Below, piece by piece: positions 25,114-39,648 of a DNA stretch of 64,000 nt (position 1 is the first letter of the stretch; the number at the start of each line of letters is the position of its first letter). The DNA lies in the NCBI GenBank assembly GCA_012026655.1, contig JAAILG010001570.1:1-64000 (forward strand), written 5' to 3'. Under the pieces are notes generated by a model. It saw only the letters and a list, made by a program, of their open reading frames with translations. It was not told where the DNA came from and did not search any database. A program made the translations under genes and the position numbers. The stretch comes from Hydrolagus affinis (Eukaryota).

Positions 25114-26022
25114 CCCAGAGAATAAATTAAAAGGCGCACATTCAAGAGAACCTCCCAAACTAGCATTCTGAAAACAATCTTACAAATATCGAATACCAAT
25201 TGGGAAAAATAATGCAGAATCAAAGTATTTACTTATTACCTAAAGAATGATTTGCTACATTTAATAACAATCATTTATTTCCTTGTCTTTTCGCCCGAAT
25301 GTTAGCTTTAAATGTACTGATTATATTACTGCATGAAACTTTGGGTGATTTATGAATGTGGAGTTGGCTGTCAAATCTGCAAAATTAACGCATGTACTTA
25401 TTTGAACTATTATGGATGTTTGATGTGCCTTTGGTAAAGGCTTCACACAAATCTTTTCTGACTTGAAACTTGATGAAAGGTTGACAGACCCAATGGAATG
25501 ATCAAACAAAGCAACTTGCTTGTTTTCGCTGGGAGCAGCAAATCCCGCATAACACGGTCTCAATTTCGAAGTCAGTTTTCTATTAGTTTCTTTCAAGAAG
25601 CACTGGGGAAAAAAACAACAACTTCAAGACTAAGGCTGAATTCACCCATTTGCCAGATTTGGGATATTTCTGAAATGCTAAGAAAATAGAGTAAATCTGA
25701 AGCCCCTTTGTGTTGGGTGGAATCTTGTGTAATGCAAATACGCTTGCTCTATCTGCTCCTTTTGTACGCTGGCAAAAACATGAAAGCCTAGTGATGAAGA
25801 CATGTGGTGCTCAGTGTAAACATGAGGGGAAATATTACATGCACACGAGTGAATCTGAAAAGAATTTCCGATGAGAAACTGGACTGCATTGGCTTCAACT
25901 TTTCAATTGTTACTTTGCTGGGCAACAACAACATAACAACAACTAAACTACATTTGTCTAGCGCGTTTCACAAGTATCAGAAAATCAGATTACGAGATTG
26001 GTTTGGAGGAAACAGACCCTTT

Positions 26023-26136
26023 GGCCCACAAATATACAATCAGTTCACTTTACAATATATTCTGTGAAGCGCTTTGAGACGTTGATAAGATGTGAAAAGC
26101 GCTATATCAAAATGCAAGGATTATTATTATTATTAT
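26023..26136 (+). mobile_element. SINE 3' fragment
   Basis: Family tail match. Confidence 0.9.
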
Positions 26137-27049
26137 CTGATTTCATCCCTCAGAACACACAGTTTACCATCCTCCCATCAGCAACAACAACCACAACAAC
26201 AACAAAATTACATTTGTATAGTGCGATTTACTAGTGGTTTTTACAAATGACTCCCAGAGTCCTGGCTTCAACCATGATTGGCCTATTCGAAATACCTGTT
26301 GCCTGATTGACTGAAAAAAAAGGAATGTTTTTCGAGCCCCTTAGAACCAAGAGGAAAGGCAATAAAAACACTTGTGTGAAAGTGGTTGCCTGGGGTTTAG
26401 CAATGCTAGTTGCACAAGGTGAGCTGTAAAAACAATTGTTGCAGATAAATTACCGAAACAAGGTGAGTCTGCACAATAATCCTGTCACCTTTATGTTTTG
26501 CGGGATAGTGAAGGACGCAGTGACATATTACAGCAGATAAAAAAAAACATCGTATCGCGATAACTTTGCTAAGGATTTACAGCTCAGCGTTTTTAACAGG
26601 CTGCCGCGATTCTGAGTTTGCACGGCATATAAAGCGACAGAAACAAAACACGTGAAATGCATTTGCTGAAACAATGGTCAACAATGGCAGGGTTAATTAC
26701 AAATAATGCACAGACAGGTGCGAGAAAGTGTTTGCTAACTGAATGAGGCTTGGGCTTGTTTTCACTGAGCTGTGCAAAACATAATTAGAATTCATTTCCA
26801 TATTTTAGTTAATGATTAAAACCCATAGCCTCAAAAAGAAGGTACGAGATGTCACACAGAGTCCTCTGTATAACACGCAGAGCTCCATTCAAAATGGGTT
26901 GAGGGATAAGACATTCAAGGTATAATTCATATCTAAGGAAATTGTATTGCGGGGAATGTGCTGTGTGGTGGATAAAATGTCACATATAGCTCAGGGCTTC
27001 CTACAATAGATTCACCAATGCCCTGACTGGGTTTGTATTAAAACTAGGA

Positions 27050-27140
27050 AATAATGACAATCCTTGCATTTGATATAGCACCTTATCACATCTTCTAGAA
27101 GTCTCAAAGCTCTTCACGGAATATACCGTAAAGTGAATTG
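27050..27140 (-). mobile_element. SINE 3' fragment
   Basis: Family tail match. Confidence 0.85.
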
Positions 27141-28292
27141 ATATAATGTATGTACGTTTTCTTTGTTACATCTGAACAACAATTGACATGCGATAGATCT
27201 GAAGCACTTCCCTGTCTCCTTCGCTCGTCCATTCTGACTCTAAAGGGCGATTTTCTCATAGTTGATCAGTTTACTCCTGTTGGAAGACAAGAAATTTTGA
27301 CTCACATCTGGTCAGTAAATATTACTGCTACTACTACTAATAATAAGAAGCATCCTTGCACGGGCAAGTTAAGGGTCCCATTATAATCTCAGAGGAACCG
27401 GCGGAAATTCCTTGGCATTGGGGGATATTGACTTTCACTACAGTCCAAAGTTACTTCTGTAATTCAAAGAACTCCATGACTCACACTCTGGATGGAGATG
27501 GAGGGACTCCTAGTGACTCGATTCAAATTAGGATTCTTCACTTTATGTATATAACCATTTTTATGGAAAAATAAGTCTCTATTGACATGCAGCAATTTGA
27601 ACACAATGTACTTATTCCCTCTAGACCCAATCTCACTTTTATTATTGGTAAGGAAGGTGTTTATCTAATGCTTATTGATGACACTTTGTTATGCGCTCAA
27701 GCGGTCAGCACTTTGTAGAGATATTACTAGCTACCTGGGTATCCACATGCTCTGGGGTTAAACACTCTCAGATGTTATCTGAGAAATTGCCTTAGTAAAT
27801 GGTTTTATTGGAGCACGAAAACGTGGCATCTCAAAGCACTAAAGGCTCGAAACACTCCAAGTGCCTCATCACATTCGAACGCACCCGAAAACAGAATAGT
27901 TCATACATAATTTAATGCTTGTTATTCTCTCCATTTAGCTGCATCGTAAATCTGAATTCAGTATTTAATGCTGCAGCAGAAATGCTATTCTAAAAGCTCG
28001 GAAGGTTAAAAAGCCTGACAAACATTTCATTTTACACAACAGGATCACAAGCCACAGATCACACACATTGTGTACAGTAAACACTGCAGATACATTTTAA
28101 TTTAACAATTTACTAAGTACTGTACTTACTACTTACCAAATCGGAATGGGTTTAAGATGTATGATAGGAATGGTTTGGGTTACCCAGTTGAGTTAAGTGC
28201 ATATGTGGAATATTAACACCTTTATTGCAACTCTGCAAGCCATTGAAACCATGGGCTTTTGAACACTGTGGTAGAGTTAAAGTTCGCTCACT

Positions 28293-28332
28293 GAGAGAGA
28301 GAGAGAGAGAGAGAGAAAGAAAGAGAGAAAGA
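28293..28332. repeat. (GA)n / GA-rich microsatellite
   Basis: Seen directly. Confidence 0.9.
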
Positions 28333-29507
28333 ATAGAAGTTTCCACCTTCTTGACACCCACCTCTGCCAATAAATTGGCCGTTCAATTCAGATGCGAATG
28401 TGACTTGCAACGTTGGAACAGGTCATCTGGCCATCAGTGTCTCAGCTGGTGGTTTTCCTTCACATGACGCATCTGATCAAATCCACCTCTCACTCAGTCC
28501 TCACATCTGGAAGCGTTTGATGTTGACTCTGGGTGTCAGTAGCTGTGTTCCGCTGTGCTGACAACTCTCTCTTGAGGAACAACATAAAGGCAAAGTAATG
28601 TTTTATGAGGCAACACAGCAGCAATTTTATACCACAGCTTTGGCCAACCCAACATTAAGATCCATCTCCATGGACTCCAATTTCTTTTGAGCCACTAAAA
28701 CTGTGCTTTATCCAGTTGGGTAAGTTATGTAAAATCATATGCAAGGCTAATTGATTCCTCATATTATAGACAACAATTTGTCACCTTTCATTAATTGAAT
28801 TGATTTATTTAGTACATTTATGAGACAAAAATGTATTAAATGGGAACGGTCCCTCAAACACATTTGTAAAATAGCTGAACCTTCTAATGAATTGTCCTAA
28901 TGTACAAGTTATTCTCTAAAATGCTGCTATTATATAAAAGCGCTCAGTTACGTCTTTACACAGCAGAGACACACAGGAAAAACCCAAGACGAAAGTCACA
29001 GTGAGTATTCTGTAATCTTTTGCTCCATTGCATTAGATAGAAAGACAAACAAGGCTTGAAATTGCCATTTTTAAATATACAATTGATGCTTCTAATATTT
29101 AGCAAACATTTCATCAGCTCAAAAACACAAGTTTGGAGGGTATCATTATGATAAAAAATATCTTAAAATATAAAGCAAATAAAACAATATGGAGACATTT
29201 TCAGAAATGTAAGAATTCCTGTATGCAAAACACACAAAAAAACAAACAATTTTAAGACACTTTTTTGCTTAGGGCGATACTATTTACATTCATACCACGC
29301 CTTTCCCGTTGGAAGAATGTCTCGCTAGACATTGAGGAGGGAGTGTGGTGGAGTGGGGAGGTGACACTAAGCACTAACACAGTACTACCGTTCAGCCAAC
29401 TTGGGCTGCGAGAGAAAGAGCGCATTAGAGTCTCTGGGCACCCTTCACCTTCGCATAAAGAAATGTAAGGTAGTGTTAGGAATAAAAGGCGTCAGATGTT
29501 TACATAC

Positions 29508-29812
29508 TAATAATAATAATCCTTGCATTTGATATAGCGGTTTTCACATCTTCTAGATGTCTCAAAGCGTTTCACAGAATATACTGTAAAGTGAATTGAC
29601 TGTATATATGTGTGGGTGGAACGTGGCAGCTAATTGTGCATAGCAGTGTCCCACAAACACTTGTGGATTGAAATGACCAATTCCTTTTTTTTGAGGGATT
29701 ACTCTAAGGTGTGTGGAGTAAAGAAATTTGCCCAAGGTTTCGCTCTGCCTGGAATCGAACCCAGGTCTCCTGCTTACAAGGCGAGCGCTCTCACCACTGA
29801 GCTACAGGACTC
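29508..29812 (-). mobile_element. tRNA-derived SINE, full length
   Basis: Family match. Confidence 0.95.
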
Positions 29813-32164
29813 TATATAGGGAGAGGTTGCTGTTTGTGGAGAAGGGAAACAATGTGTACTTCTAACAACATTGAAAAGGATTCTTCCCACTCTTTCAGAT
29901 TGAAAGGAGTTATTATCTGAGGAGAGCATGAATTTATACTGTGACCGGGTGCTAAATTGCTGTGCTAGTGAAACTGCCTTTCCACTTTCAGACAACTAAT
30001 GTTGTTCATTTGTACAATTTGCCTTGAGAAGCAGAGTCCAAAGTGAGCAACAAATGTGTTCAACTAATCCTGTTTGTGTGTTGTAATTATTGCCAACCTC
30101 TTTCCTCAGATGGTCTGAAAATTAGCACAACTGCTGGTATTAATTAACACACCAACTATATTTCCCACCCCTGCTTTCATGACCGGCAAGAAGAAAAACA
30201 ACCATTAACTTTAATCAGATCTACAGTGATTTGGATATTCTTCAGTATTCAAACAGTCGCTATCTCTATTTCGGTTCCAACCACTTCACAAAGTTTTCAG
30301 AATCTTAAATAAGCAATTTGTCCAGTCTGATCACGCACGAACATGTTGACTGCACTCGAATTAGAAATCTAATAATGAACAATTCCCAAGAGGAATGAAT
30401 CACGGACGGTACTTTAATATGGGGCAATTCATCAACTTTTTACAGTGGCAAAGTTTAGCTGCACAGGACTTAATTTGCCATTATGGATGGAGCTTGTATT
30501 GCCAGCATGTGCAATTTCACTTGCTTTTATTATTTAAAGCACAATATTGATAAATTAATATAGCAATGAACACTGCCCTCCCATGGGAACCTGATCGTTA
30601 ATGATAACTATATAAATGTAATTTTGATTGATCGATAGCCGCACTGGCTACACAGAAAATAACTTTGAAATTGGAATATTCAGGAAAGGCAACCTCTTGA
30701 AGAGATGTGAAGTTTACAACGGCAACCACAACAACAAAACTGCACTTGTACAGCGCCTTTCACATCAGGAGGACGTCCCAAAAGTTTAGAAAAGTGAAAG
30801 TTTAGAACTCAAAGCACGTGAAGCGTAAACTAAAATGCTTTTCTAACAATATTAATATCAATTCTTTCATGGCTCTGTAAAACTTTGTATGCAACACATT
30901 TTGGAATATAGATATAGGAATGATAGCTATATTATTATTATTGATGTTTTGTGATTCCCGTGTGTGATCACAGTATGGTCTACATTCGAATTCCGTCCAA
31001 TGTTCTTCTCTCAACAACAACAACTTTTGTGTAGCATTTACACAGCAGCCTTCACAAGGGTGAGCATCTTGGCGCCTTTAACAATGGCCGCAATCGAAGA
31101 GGAAGGTCCCCGGGTGTGATCGGAAGATGGACAAGCGAGCAACTGAGGCAGAGAGTTCCAGAGTGAGTCATCCAAACTGTCCAAAACAACAGATCAATAA
31201 CTCATTCATCACATTCATTGCTATTTCTGGGATGTTACTGGTAAAGATTAGCTTCAGTTTTTGTCGATATAACACTTGTTACACTTCAAACATACTCCAC
31301 TGGGTGAGGACCTTTCAATGACTTATGACGCTGTATTCATTGTTGCCTTATTATTCGCCGGTTGCAAAGCATGAAATCCGTGCTCGTTTGGAAAAGCCAG
31401 GGTTAAGATCAATTCATTGCCAAAGGAGAAAGAAAACTTGAGGTTTATGATTTTCGCAGGACATTAATACACTTTCTCCCCATGCGTTCTTAGCAAAATG
31501 TCAAAGCAGGCCAATTAAATAAAACACTTACATTAAAAACAATTTCAGGCCTTAATTACACAGTATATGCCCAGCGTTTACCGTATGCTGGTGTCTGTTT
31601 CAGTAGGAAGTAGGAAGAGCTGATGGTAGAAAACTGCCAATCTGAATGAAACAAATGAGTTTATAAAAGTTGAATCACTTCCCGAACGATATTGCAGTCA
31701 TCAATCTCTGAAGGAAACTCCACAGCCCAACGGCACAATACTTTACCATCTGGGGAAAGGCACACAGAGATTCCCCTCCCAGCATCTTAAACGTGTACCC
31801 ACTAAGGCATAACAGTGAGATTATAACTTGAAGGATATCAAGCAGGACATCTTGATTAAACTATTCTATATTGGAACATGAGTAGGACGAGTCAGGAAAA
31901 GATCAATGTGATCAATTTGGCCCTTCCCAAAGTGTTTTAATATCTACTCTGTGGCTTATTTATGTTCTTGTGTGCTGTCTTCCTGCACAAACGGTAGTAT
32001 GATATTCCAGATTTGTCCATCATTTTATTTTGCTGGGAGAAACGAGCGTTTTGTTACGTTCTGTTGCCTTTGAGAGCAAACTGCACAGTAAAAATAAATA
32101 GGATTTAATGTTTGGTGTTTTTCCTTTCTTAATGTCTGCATTAAATTAAACTAACTAGTCATTA

Positions 32165-32474
32165 AGTCCTATAGCTCATTGGTTAGAGTTTCCTCACTGT
32201 CGATGCCTCTATTTGTCCAGCAGTAAGTAGGAACCCAGTTGTTAGTCGATTGGAAAATCACTTTTCCAGAGATAACAATCCCTCAAGAAAAAATAATAAT
32301 AATTTGGTCACTCAATCCACGACTGCTGTGCGCGATTGGCTGCTGCGTTTCGCCCGTAAAATATACAGTCAATTGACTTTACAGTACAGTATATTCTGTG
32401 AAGCGCTTTGAGACGTCTAGGAGATGTGAAGAGCGCTATATCAAATGCGAGGATTATTATTATTATTATTATTA
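32165..32474 (+). mobile_element. SINE, long-form subfamily with a head deletion
   Basis: A box, then a jump to TTTCCT..GCCTCTATTTGTCCAGCAGTAAGTAGGAACCCAGTTGTTAGTCGATTGG; tail intact. Confidence 0.9.
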
Positions 32475-32844
32475 AACTTTACCACAGAATCATTCAAAGC
32501 ACAAGTTGACACATGAAAGATGTGCCATTCAGCAAATTTTCTTTATAAGAGATGTCACTAAGTCACCATCAATTCCAAGTTGATTCTGACTTTATTATTA
32601 TGTCCATGGATTTATCATTGAAGTCCCTCATCACCCGAGCAGGTGACAGTTTTGTTGGCAGTTGCTTCAGGGATCAGTTTTGACACCGTTTAAAACAGTT
32701 TGAATCTCCAGATCAAATTTAAGCTACTGCTTCTTACTGCAAGACGATAGGCGTTGCAAAGGTATTTTGTTCTTCTGTGATGAATTGAACAATAATGTTG
32801 AGCAATAATAACTTGCTACCAAATGGTCACCATTCAGCAATCGT

Positions 32845-33153
32845 GGAGTCCTGTAGCTCAGTGGTTACACACCGCTCGCCTTGCAAGTGAGAGACCTGGG
32901 TTCAATTCCAGGCAGGTCAGAGCGAAACTTTGGGCAAGTTTCCTTACTCCAAACGACTGATAATAATCCTTTGAAAGAAAAAACCCAATAATAAATTGGT
33001 TATTTCATTCCACGACTGTTGGTGGGACTCTGCTGTATGCAATTGGCTGCCGTGTTTTGCCCAACAGTATACAGTGAATTCACTTTGCAGTACATTTGAG
33101 ATGTCTAGAAGACCTGAAAAGTGCTATATCAAATGCAAGGATCGTTATTATTA
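32845..33153 (+). mobile_element. tRNA-derived SINE, full length
   Basis: Family match. Confidence 0.95.
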
Positions 33154-34507
33154 ATCTATGATGAACAGACAAAGGACACTTTCTAATCTATATTGAAAGA
33201 TAAAAGGCATTTCCGAAGTGTCTTGTGAAATTTAACATTGGCAAATAGTCATTTACTCAGCGACTATGGGAACATTGGTAACATTGGCTTATTATAGCGG
33301 CAGCAATGGGAAAAGGAAAACAACCCATTCTGGTTATTTGCTTAAATGTATAAAAAGACTTTAAGTGTATAAGTGAAGGGACAGATTGCACAAAACCCAG
33401 TAATGTGCTCCATCACAGTTGTGAGTGCTTAACATGGAAACAAAGAAGGCCATTTCAAAGCTATTCTGGATTCCTTCCTTCCCCTTAGAGAAAAACGCTC
33501 AGTCACAAATCTAAACTAAATATTCTGCTATGTATGAAACTATTGTGATTTATAGAAATATAATTTATTAATATGATGTAGTCGCAGTGAAGATTTTAGG
33601 ATTTGTAAGTAGTGTAATTTTTAACAAGCTAACTGCATGTTATATGGTATACTTAAAATCATAGCAACAGGAACACAGAGGGAAACTACAGCTGTCCAAT
33701 TATTCATGATGAATTCCTTTTCACTGGGCAAGCCATCTGACTATATTAATATTGTTTATTGAGCACGTTTGACAGTGAATTGCTGCCGATTTTAGAGGCG
33801 ATTTGCCACTACATATGCGGTAATATAATGAAAATCACGCATGTCGCCCACATATATACAATCAATTCACTTTACAGTATATTCTGTGATGCGCTTTGAA
33901 ACATTTTGTCAAATGTTATGTTTTGTCAAGGATTATTATTATATTTATATTATATTATATTTCAGTGACAACGCCAGGCACCCATGGAAATCAATGGGGA
34001 TGTAATGCATTATGAAGTACTGTACTTGGTTGCTGTACTGAGTTAGCCTCTTTTGCAATGCTTCAGCAACATTCCATATACAATCCCACAGTTATATATT
34101 GTGACCCTGCATAATTGTTCTCCAGAGCCTAATTGTTCTTTAGGAAGGAGCTAATACGAAGTTCACAGCAGTAGTGACTACAGCTACAAGTATGATTTCA
34201 ATTGCAGGGAGGAATTTGCAATTTGTCTTGAATTGGTGACTCACACCACCGAGAACATTGCGACTTAATTAAAGAACTTCATCTCATAAAGACAGATTAA
34301 TTTATTTGTAGCTGAACTCCTTTGCAGTGGGTAAAATGAGTAAAGCCACATTCTCTTCCTCAATTTCCCTATCTGGAATTCCTCAGACATTACAAGCTAC
34401 TGGCAAAGCAATGGAAATGCCAAAGGCCCTGCTTGATAAGCAACAATATTACTGTCTCTCGTCATGGTTTGGAGTTCTGCCCTTGGTGGTTTTAAACTTG
34501 GGTGTTG

Positions 34508-34850
34508 ATAATAATAATAATCCTCGCATTTGATATAGCGTCTTCTCGATGTCTGAAAGTGCTTGGGACATCCTCCCGACGTAAAAGGCACATGTAAATG
34601 TAATTTTTTTTATGTTGTTGTTGCTTCACAGAATATACTGTAAAGTGAATTAACTAGATTTTGTGGGCGAAATGCAGCAGCCAGTTGCGCACAGCAGTCG
34701 TGGATTGAGTGACAAAATTATTATTTTTATTTTTTATTTTTCTTGAAGTGTGTAGAATAAGCAAACTTGCCCAAGGTTTCACCCTGCCTGGATGGAACCC
34801 AGGTCTCTCGCTTGTGAGGTGCGTGCTCTAACCACTGAGCTACAGGACTC
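34508..34850 (-). mobile_element. SINE with an opposite-strand L2 tail inserted at 34565-34621
   Basis: Family match interrupted by GGGACATCCTCCCGACGTAAAAGGCAC...(GTT)n, flanked by TGCTT repeats. Confidence 0.9.
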
Positions 34851-34968
34851 TACATCCTTGATGCCTGGAATAAATTAACAGCGTTGAGTATGAGATTATG
34901 CTATAAATAATCTTAACGCCCAGCAAGTCAATTTTGCAATAGGTGGAAGAATTCTGCAAGATGATTCT

Positions 34969-35207
34969 CCCTTGGGCAAGTTTTCTTACTCCACACGATT
35001 AATAATAATCCCTCCAAAACAACCACAATAATAAAAATTGGTCATTTCAATCCACAACTGTTTGTGGGACACTGCTGTGAGCAATTGACTGCTGCGTTTT
35101 TCCCACAAATACACAGTCAATTCACTTTACAGTAAATTCTGTGAAGCACTTTGAGACGTCTGGAAGATGTGAAAAAGCTCTGTGTCAAATTCAAGGATTA
35201 TTATTAT
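34969..35207 (+). mobile_element. SINE, 5'-truncated
   Basis: Family match from CCTTGGGCAAG. Confidence 0.9.
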
Positions 35208-38200
35208 AGCAACAAAAACCAGCTCACTTGGTGTAATTATAAAAACTTTCACTTATTAGTTTTGCTCACCAAGTTAGAAAACCGCTGACAATCTTTCTGT
35301 TAAGTTTATTACAGTCTAATTTTGTTTTCTTTCGTAGCTTTATACTCCCCCCGCGGACAAGGAATTTCTGTGGATACTGCAGACTCTTTGCTGCTTATTT
35401 GATTACGTGTCAAATAACCAGGCAACTAATCTGGAGGGTAGCCAAGTGGATAATTTATTCATGAGAGAGATGAAAGAAAAGAACCTCGTCTTTGTTGTTT
35501 GGTCTCTGTAATAAACCACAACGACAAATAGAAAGAGAAAGCTAGAACAGCTGAGGAATTTTAATCTGAAGGACAATGCATGAGTATTTAATAAAAATTT
35601 GTATGCCCTTCTTATTTATATTGTATATCTCTAGATACGATGTACAATTTAGCACACAACATGCCAACCAACTGCCAGAATGGTGGAAAAGTGAAATGGT
35701 GGACTACTCAGTCAACTTCCTTGCGCCTAGCAAATCCTTACACGATGTTCAAAATGCATTCACGTATAATTTAAGATGGGTGCCATACGGGGAGCAATAT
35801 TCGAGCAGAATCTGATGATTTGGTATGAATGTATTTTGAATTCAGCCATCTTTTCTGAACGCTGATTTGAATTAATGTCATCTCAGGGTTGCGGATTCAG
35901 TTACGCTTGTATTCCTGCATTGAACGGCTGGAATCATTGAATAAACTTAAGGCACAGATGGGGGCGGAAGGCGGAATCACTAAATAAGTGATTTATCATT
36001 CAATAAAACATGGGGAGGCTTTCTTGGTTTATGGTAGATAAGTTCGGCCAGACAGACCAAATTTGATAGCTGTAAACTACGTTAGGATGTAACTCAGCAC
36101 CTTTGAGGAGGCAATAGCAAATGCACAGATAATAAAGAAAAAGTTAATGGTCAGGTGATCATCTGGCCAAAGTCAAACTGGTGTTGATTCCGCGATAAAT
36201 CACGATGGACGCAGTAAGCAAATTCTCAGCACCTTTTCTCAATGTGATACCTCGTTCCAGAACCAGCGTCGCAAAGCGACCACCTAATGAATACACCTAC
36301 AAACCAGACATTATTATGCTGGTTGCTCTAAAATCGGGCCTGTTCTTAATAAGTCAGACCCGGTGGATGATCGATTGTGGAGCTCTGTTTGCCAAGTCCC
36401 ACAATCAATTGTGCAGTTAGCTTTGAAGGCTTTAAAAACAAGCAAAGGCTCTTACGGCAATGTTTTATTTATTTCCTTTATTGGATTACTGAACTGTTGC
36501 GTTGTGGAACCTCTGCTGTTCGACCTGTCTATTGAAATGGGTGAGCGTCTGTCAGTTTCCTAACCCTCGACTTTACGGTTTAGGGGGAAATTTCAGAATG
36601 TGGCGTCTCACAGTCTAATCCCTTCTGTGTAATCCCAGATTGTGAAATATTTTGGTCACAATTGATGCAGAGTATTGCAGTATTTTGTCTTGTATAAATT
36701 CCCATTCACCTTGATTTGGTGGAAATGTACCATCAACTTCTTGTAGACACACAACTGGAGCTGCCAGTGGCCTGGGTTTCGGGACTGTGTTTGGATCTAT
36801 TTTGGCTGCTCCTAGATCCCATGCCACCTGTTAGCGCAGGAATGCGACCACTGGCCATTTTGATAAATGGCGTCTTATCATGTTGTTGAGGCATCTCAAA
36901 GCGTTTCACAGAATATACTGTAAAGTGAACCGTGGCAGCCAATTGCGCACAATGCAATCTCAAATGCAGGGGTTATTAAACGGTCATGTAACAGTATTTT
37001 CCCTATCAGGCATCAAAAGAGAATATCAATATATATTAATCGTTGCATTTGACATGACATATATACATGCCTTGTCACATCATCAAGACGTCTTAAAGTC
37101 CTTCACAGGATACACTGCAAACTGACTGTGTGGATTTTGTGGGGGAACGAAGATAGAACGTCACGTTTTGAAATCATTATTAAACAAGTCACAAACGCTT
37201 TTGCTCGTTTTATGCCAAAAATGAACACAAAAAAAACCACTTCCAGTTGGCTAATCGCTTTAGCACAGATACATTGTTTTATAATGCATAATTAATTGTG
37301 TTCACATAGAAAAAAAAAATCCTTGTGTTCACCATTTTTGCTTTGTAAATATTTATAAACACTTATGAAGCTAATAACAATCCTTTGAATGTAATTCAAG
37401 ATTCATTTGATTATTTTTGTTTCATGGGAAAAATACATTGGCTTGGAGCTTTTAATATTGTTGGCTTAACCCTTTGATTCCACAAACTCTGTGTAGTCGT
37501 GTAGCTCCGAGGATTTTTTTTTAAAAAACCTAACTCAATTCTGTGAAGTTTCATTGTCCCCAATTTTTCAGAATTAAAACATTGAACCATTATTAAAAAG
37601 TAATAACAATTCTTGGAGTTGACACAGTGCTTTTCACTTCTGGAGGATGTCTCAAAGTGCTTTACAGGATTTACAGTAAAGTGTAGCGACTGTGTATTTG
37701 GCAGGCGAAAACACCTGTTAATTTGTGCTCCAGCAAATTGGGTTTTACTATGGACTTCAATTACAGTGTCTGCAATAGCTCCTCACGTTTGCTACAATAG
37801 GGGGAGGGGTGGGGGAAAAGAGGATGGGAAGGGGTTATGGCTAATCTATAGTTGAATGCGACAGATTGCGATCACATCACGTGTGGCATTTTGCACCCAG
37901 TGTTCTCTTGCTCTGTGAAAGTGTTTCTGTTTAAATAGAGTGACTTGGTAAATTCAATATTTGTAATCCATCTGGCCTCAGGGAGATGTAGGTTTCTCCT
38001 GGCTTTCAAGGATTAAATAATAGAGGATCTGCATGATTTACTGGCAAGTGGAGCTTGATGGCCTTTGCTCTTGTTCGAGAAAGAGCCAGTGGTGTCTGAA
38101 AGGGAGACCAAATGATGGGGAAGTCTGTTCGAGTTAAGCTCCCTGTTCTCAATCCTCCCAGGTTTCTGTTTAAATGCCTCACTCACTGCGAACACCATCA

Positions 38201-38304
38201 ACTGCCTCGGTTTGAATAGGGAGCAATTGGTTTGTTTCTGTTTCATTAAAACACTTCCAGAATGGCACACATCCAAACGCCAGTTTGAGTTCACATCATA
38301 TCTT

Positions 38305-38760
38305 TATTGGTAATTCACTGCACTGTTTGTAGGGTAATGTGCTGTGCAAATTGGCTGTTGCTATCGCCCACACAATACAACAACAAGAAAATTACATTTA
38401 TAGAGCGCCTTTCACGTCGAGAGAACGTCCCAAGGCGCTGGATGAATTGACTGCATGTGGGCGAAACGCGGCAGCCAATTGCGCACAGCAGTGTCCCACA
38501 AACAGTCATAGATTGAAATGACCAATTTATTAGGTTTTTTTTAGGACTATTATTAGACGTGTGGAGTAAGGAAACCTGCCCAAGGTTTCGCCTTGAACCT
38601 GCCTGGAATCGAACACTGTTCTCATGCTTGTAAGGCGAGTGCTCTAACCACTGAGCTACAGGACTCCAAATACACAGTCACTACACTTTACTGTACATCC
38701 CGTGATGCGCTTTGTGTCTTCCTGACAAGAAAGGCACTGTATCAAATGCAAGGATTTTTT
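38305..38760 (+). mobile_element. Old SINE 3' body hosting a younger insertion
   Basis: CTGTTTGTAGGG..GCTGTGCAAATTGGCTG..GCCCAC[insert]AAATACACAGTCACT...TCAAATGCAAGGATT. Confidence 0.75.
38373..38667 (-). mobile_element. SINE whose tail is replaced by an L2-type (GTT)n tail
   Basis: Head and body of the dominant SINE joined at CAGTCAATTCA to CAGCGCCTTGGGACGTTCTCTCGACGTGAAAGGCGCTCTATAAATGTAATTTTC(TTG)n. Confidence 0.85.
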
Positions 38761-39294
38761 TATTCTTACGCATATTTTATTTCATACTTGGAGACGGATG
38801 CAAGACAATAGATCTATTGTTAAACATTCAAAATTACAACACTTCGGTGTTATTTTGCATCAACATTCATAAATCTACACTGTACATCGTACCCATAAAA
38901 TCTGAATCTACGGAAAAAAAAGCCACACTCAAATGCTTTCAAGTGTATAGAGGATTTGATAAATATTCCCAATATGTAATATGAAATTTAAATGTAATGG
39001 GGCAAAGAAATACTTAATTAGGCTCTTTATTTATGTGCAGGAAACATGAATAAAATATCTTGTATTCTGCTGCATCCATCTTTTTTGTTCTACGCTCTGC
39101 TAACGTATTGCATTTTTTTTTAAACCAAAGTACAATTTAAATATGATTGCTTAGCAGTAGACATATCTTTCTTTGATGTGAATGACACAAAGAATTTGGG
39201 GGTTACGAGGCGATTCAACTTATTTTAAGCTCAATTCCATGTCCAAAACGGCATGACCGAGGCACACAAACAGGAAGAAATCTGTGTCTCTGTT

Positions 39295-39648
39295 GTCCTG
39301 AAAGAGATGAAGGATTATGGGGTCAAGCCCGCACACCGGGACTTTAATGAACACACTTTAATATAGGGGAGCACGGCATTGTCAGCTATGCTGTCCTCTG
39401 GATGAGATATTGATCCGAGGTTTGTTCAGGTGGATGTTAATGATCACCTGGCGCTGTTCGAGAAAGAGAGAAGGGAGTTTCTCTTCCTCCTGGCCAACAA
39501 ACCACTGGATAAAATTGGTCACTCACTTCACAACTGTTTGTGCGGACGATTGCTGAGTGCAAATTGTCTGCTGTGTTCACATTCGTGCGAAGCGATTCGA
39601 GATGTTGTAACCACACGATAAAGTGCTGTATCGAATGTGAGGATGACT
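39295..39648 (+). mobile_element. Old Deu-type SINE, near full length
   Basis: GGGAGCACGGCATTGTC..GGATGAGAT.TT..CCGAGG..CAGGTGGATGTTAA.GATC..TGGC.CT.TTCGA..AGGGAGTT..CCTGGCCAA, then body and tail. Confidence 0.8.

Noticed and set aside
26414-26467. ACAAGGTGAG repeated twice; possible 18-nt microexon at 26445-26462
   Set aside because: Weak pyrimidine tract and no other support.
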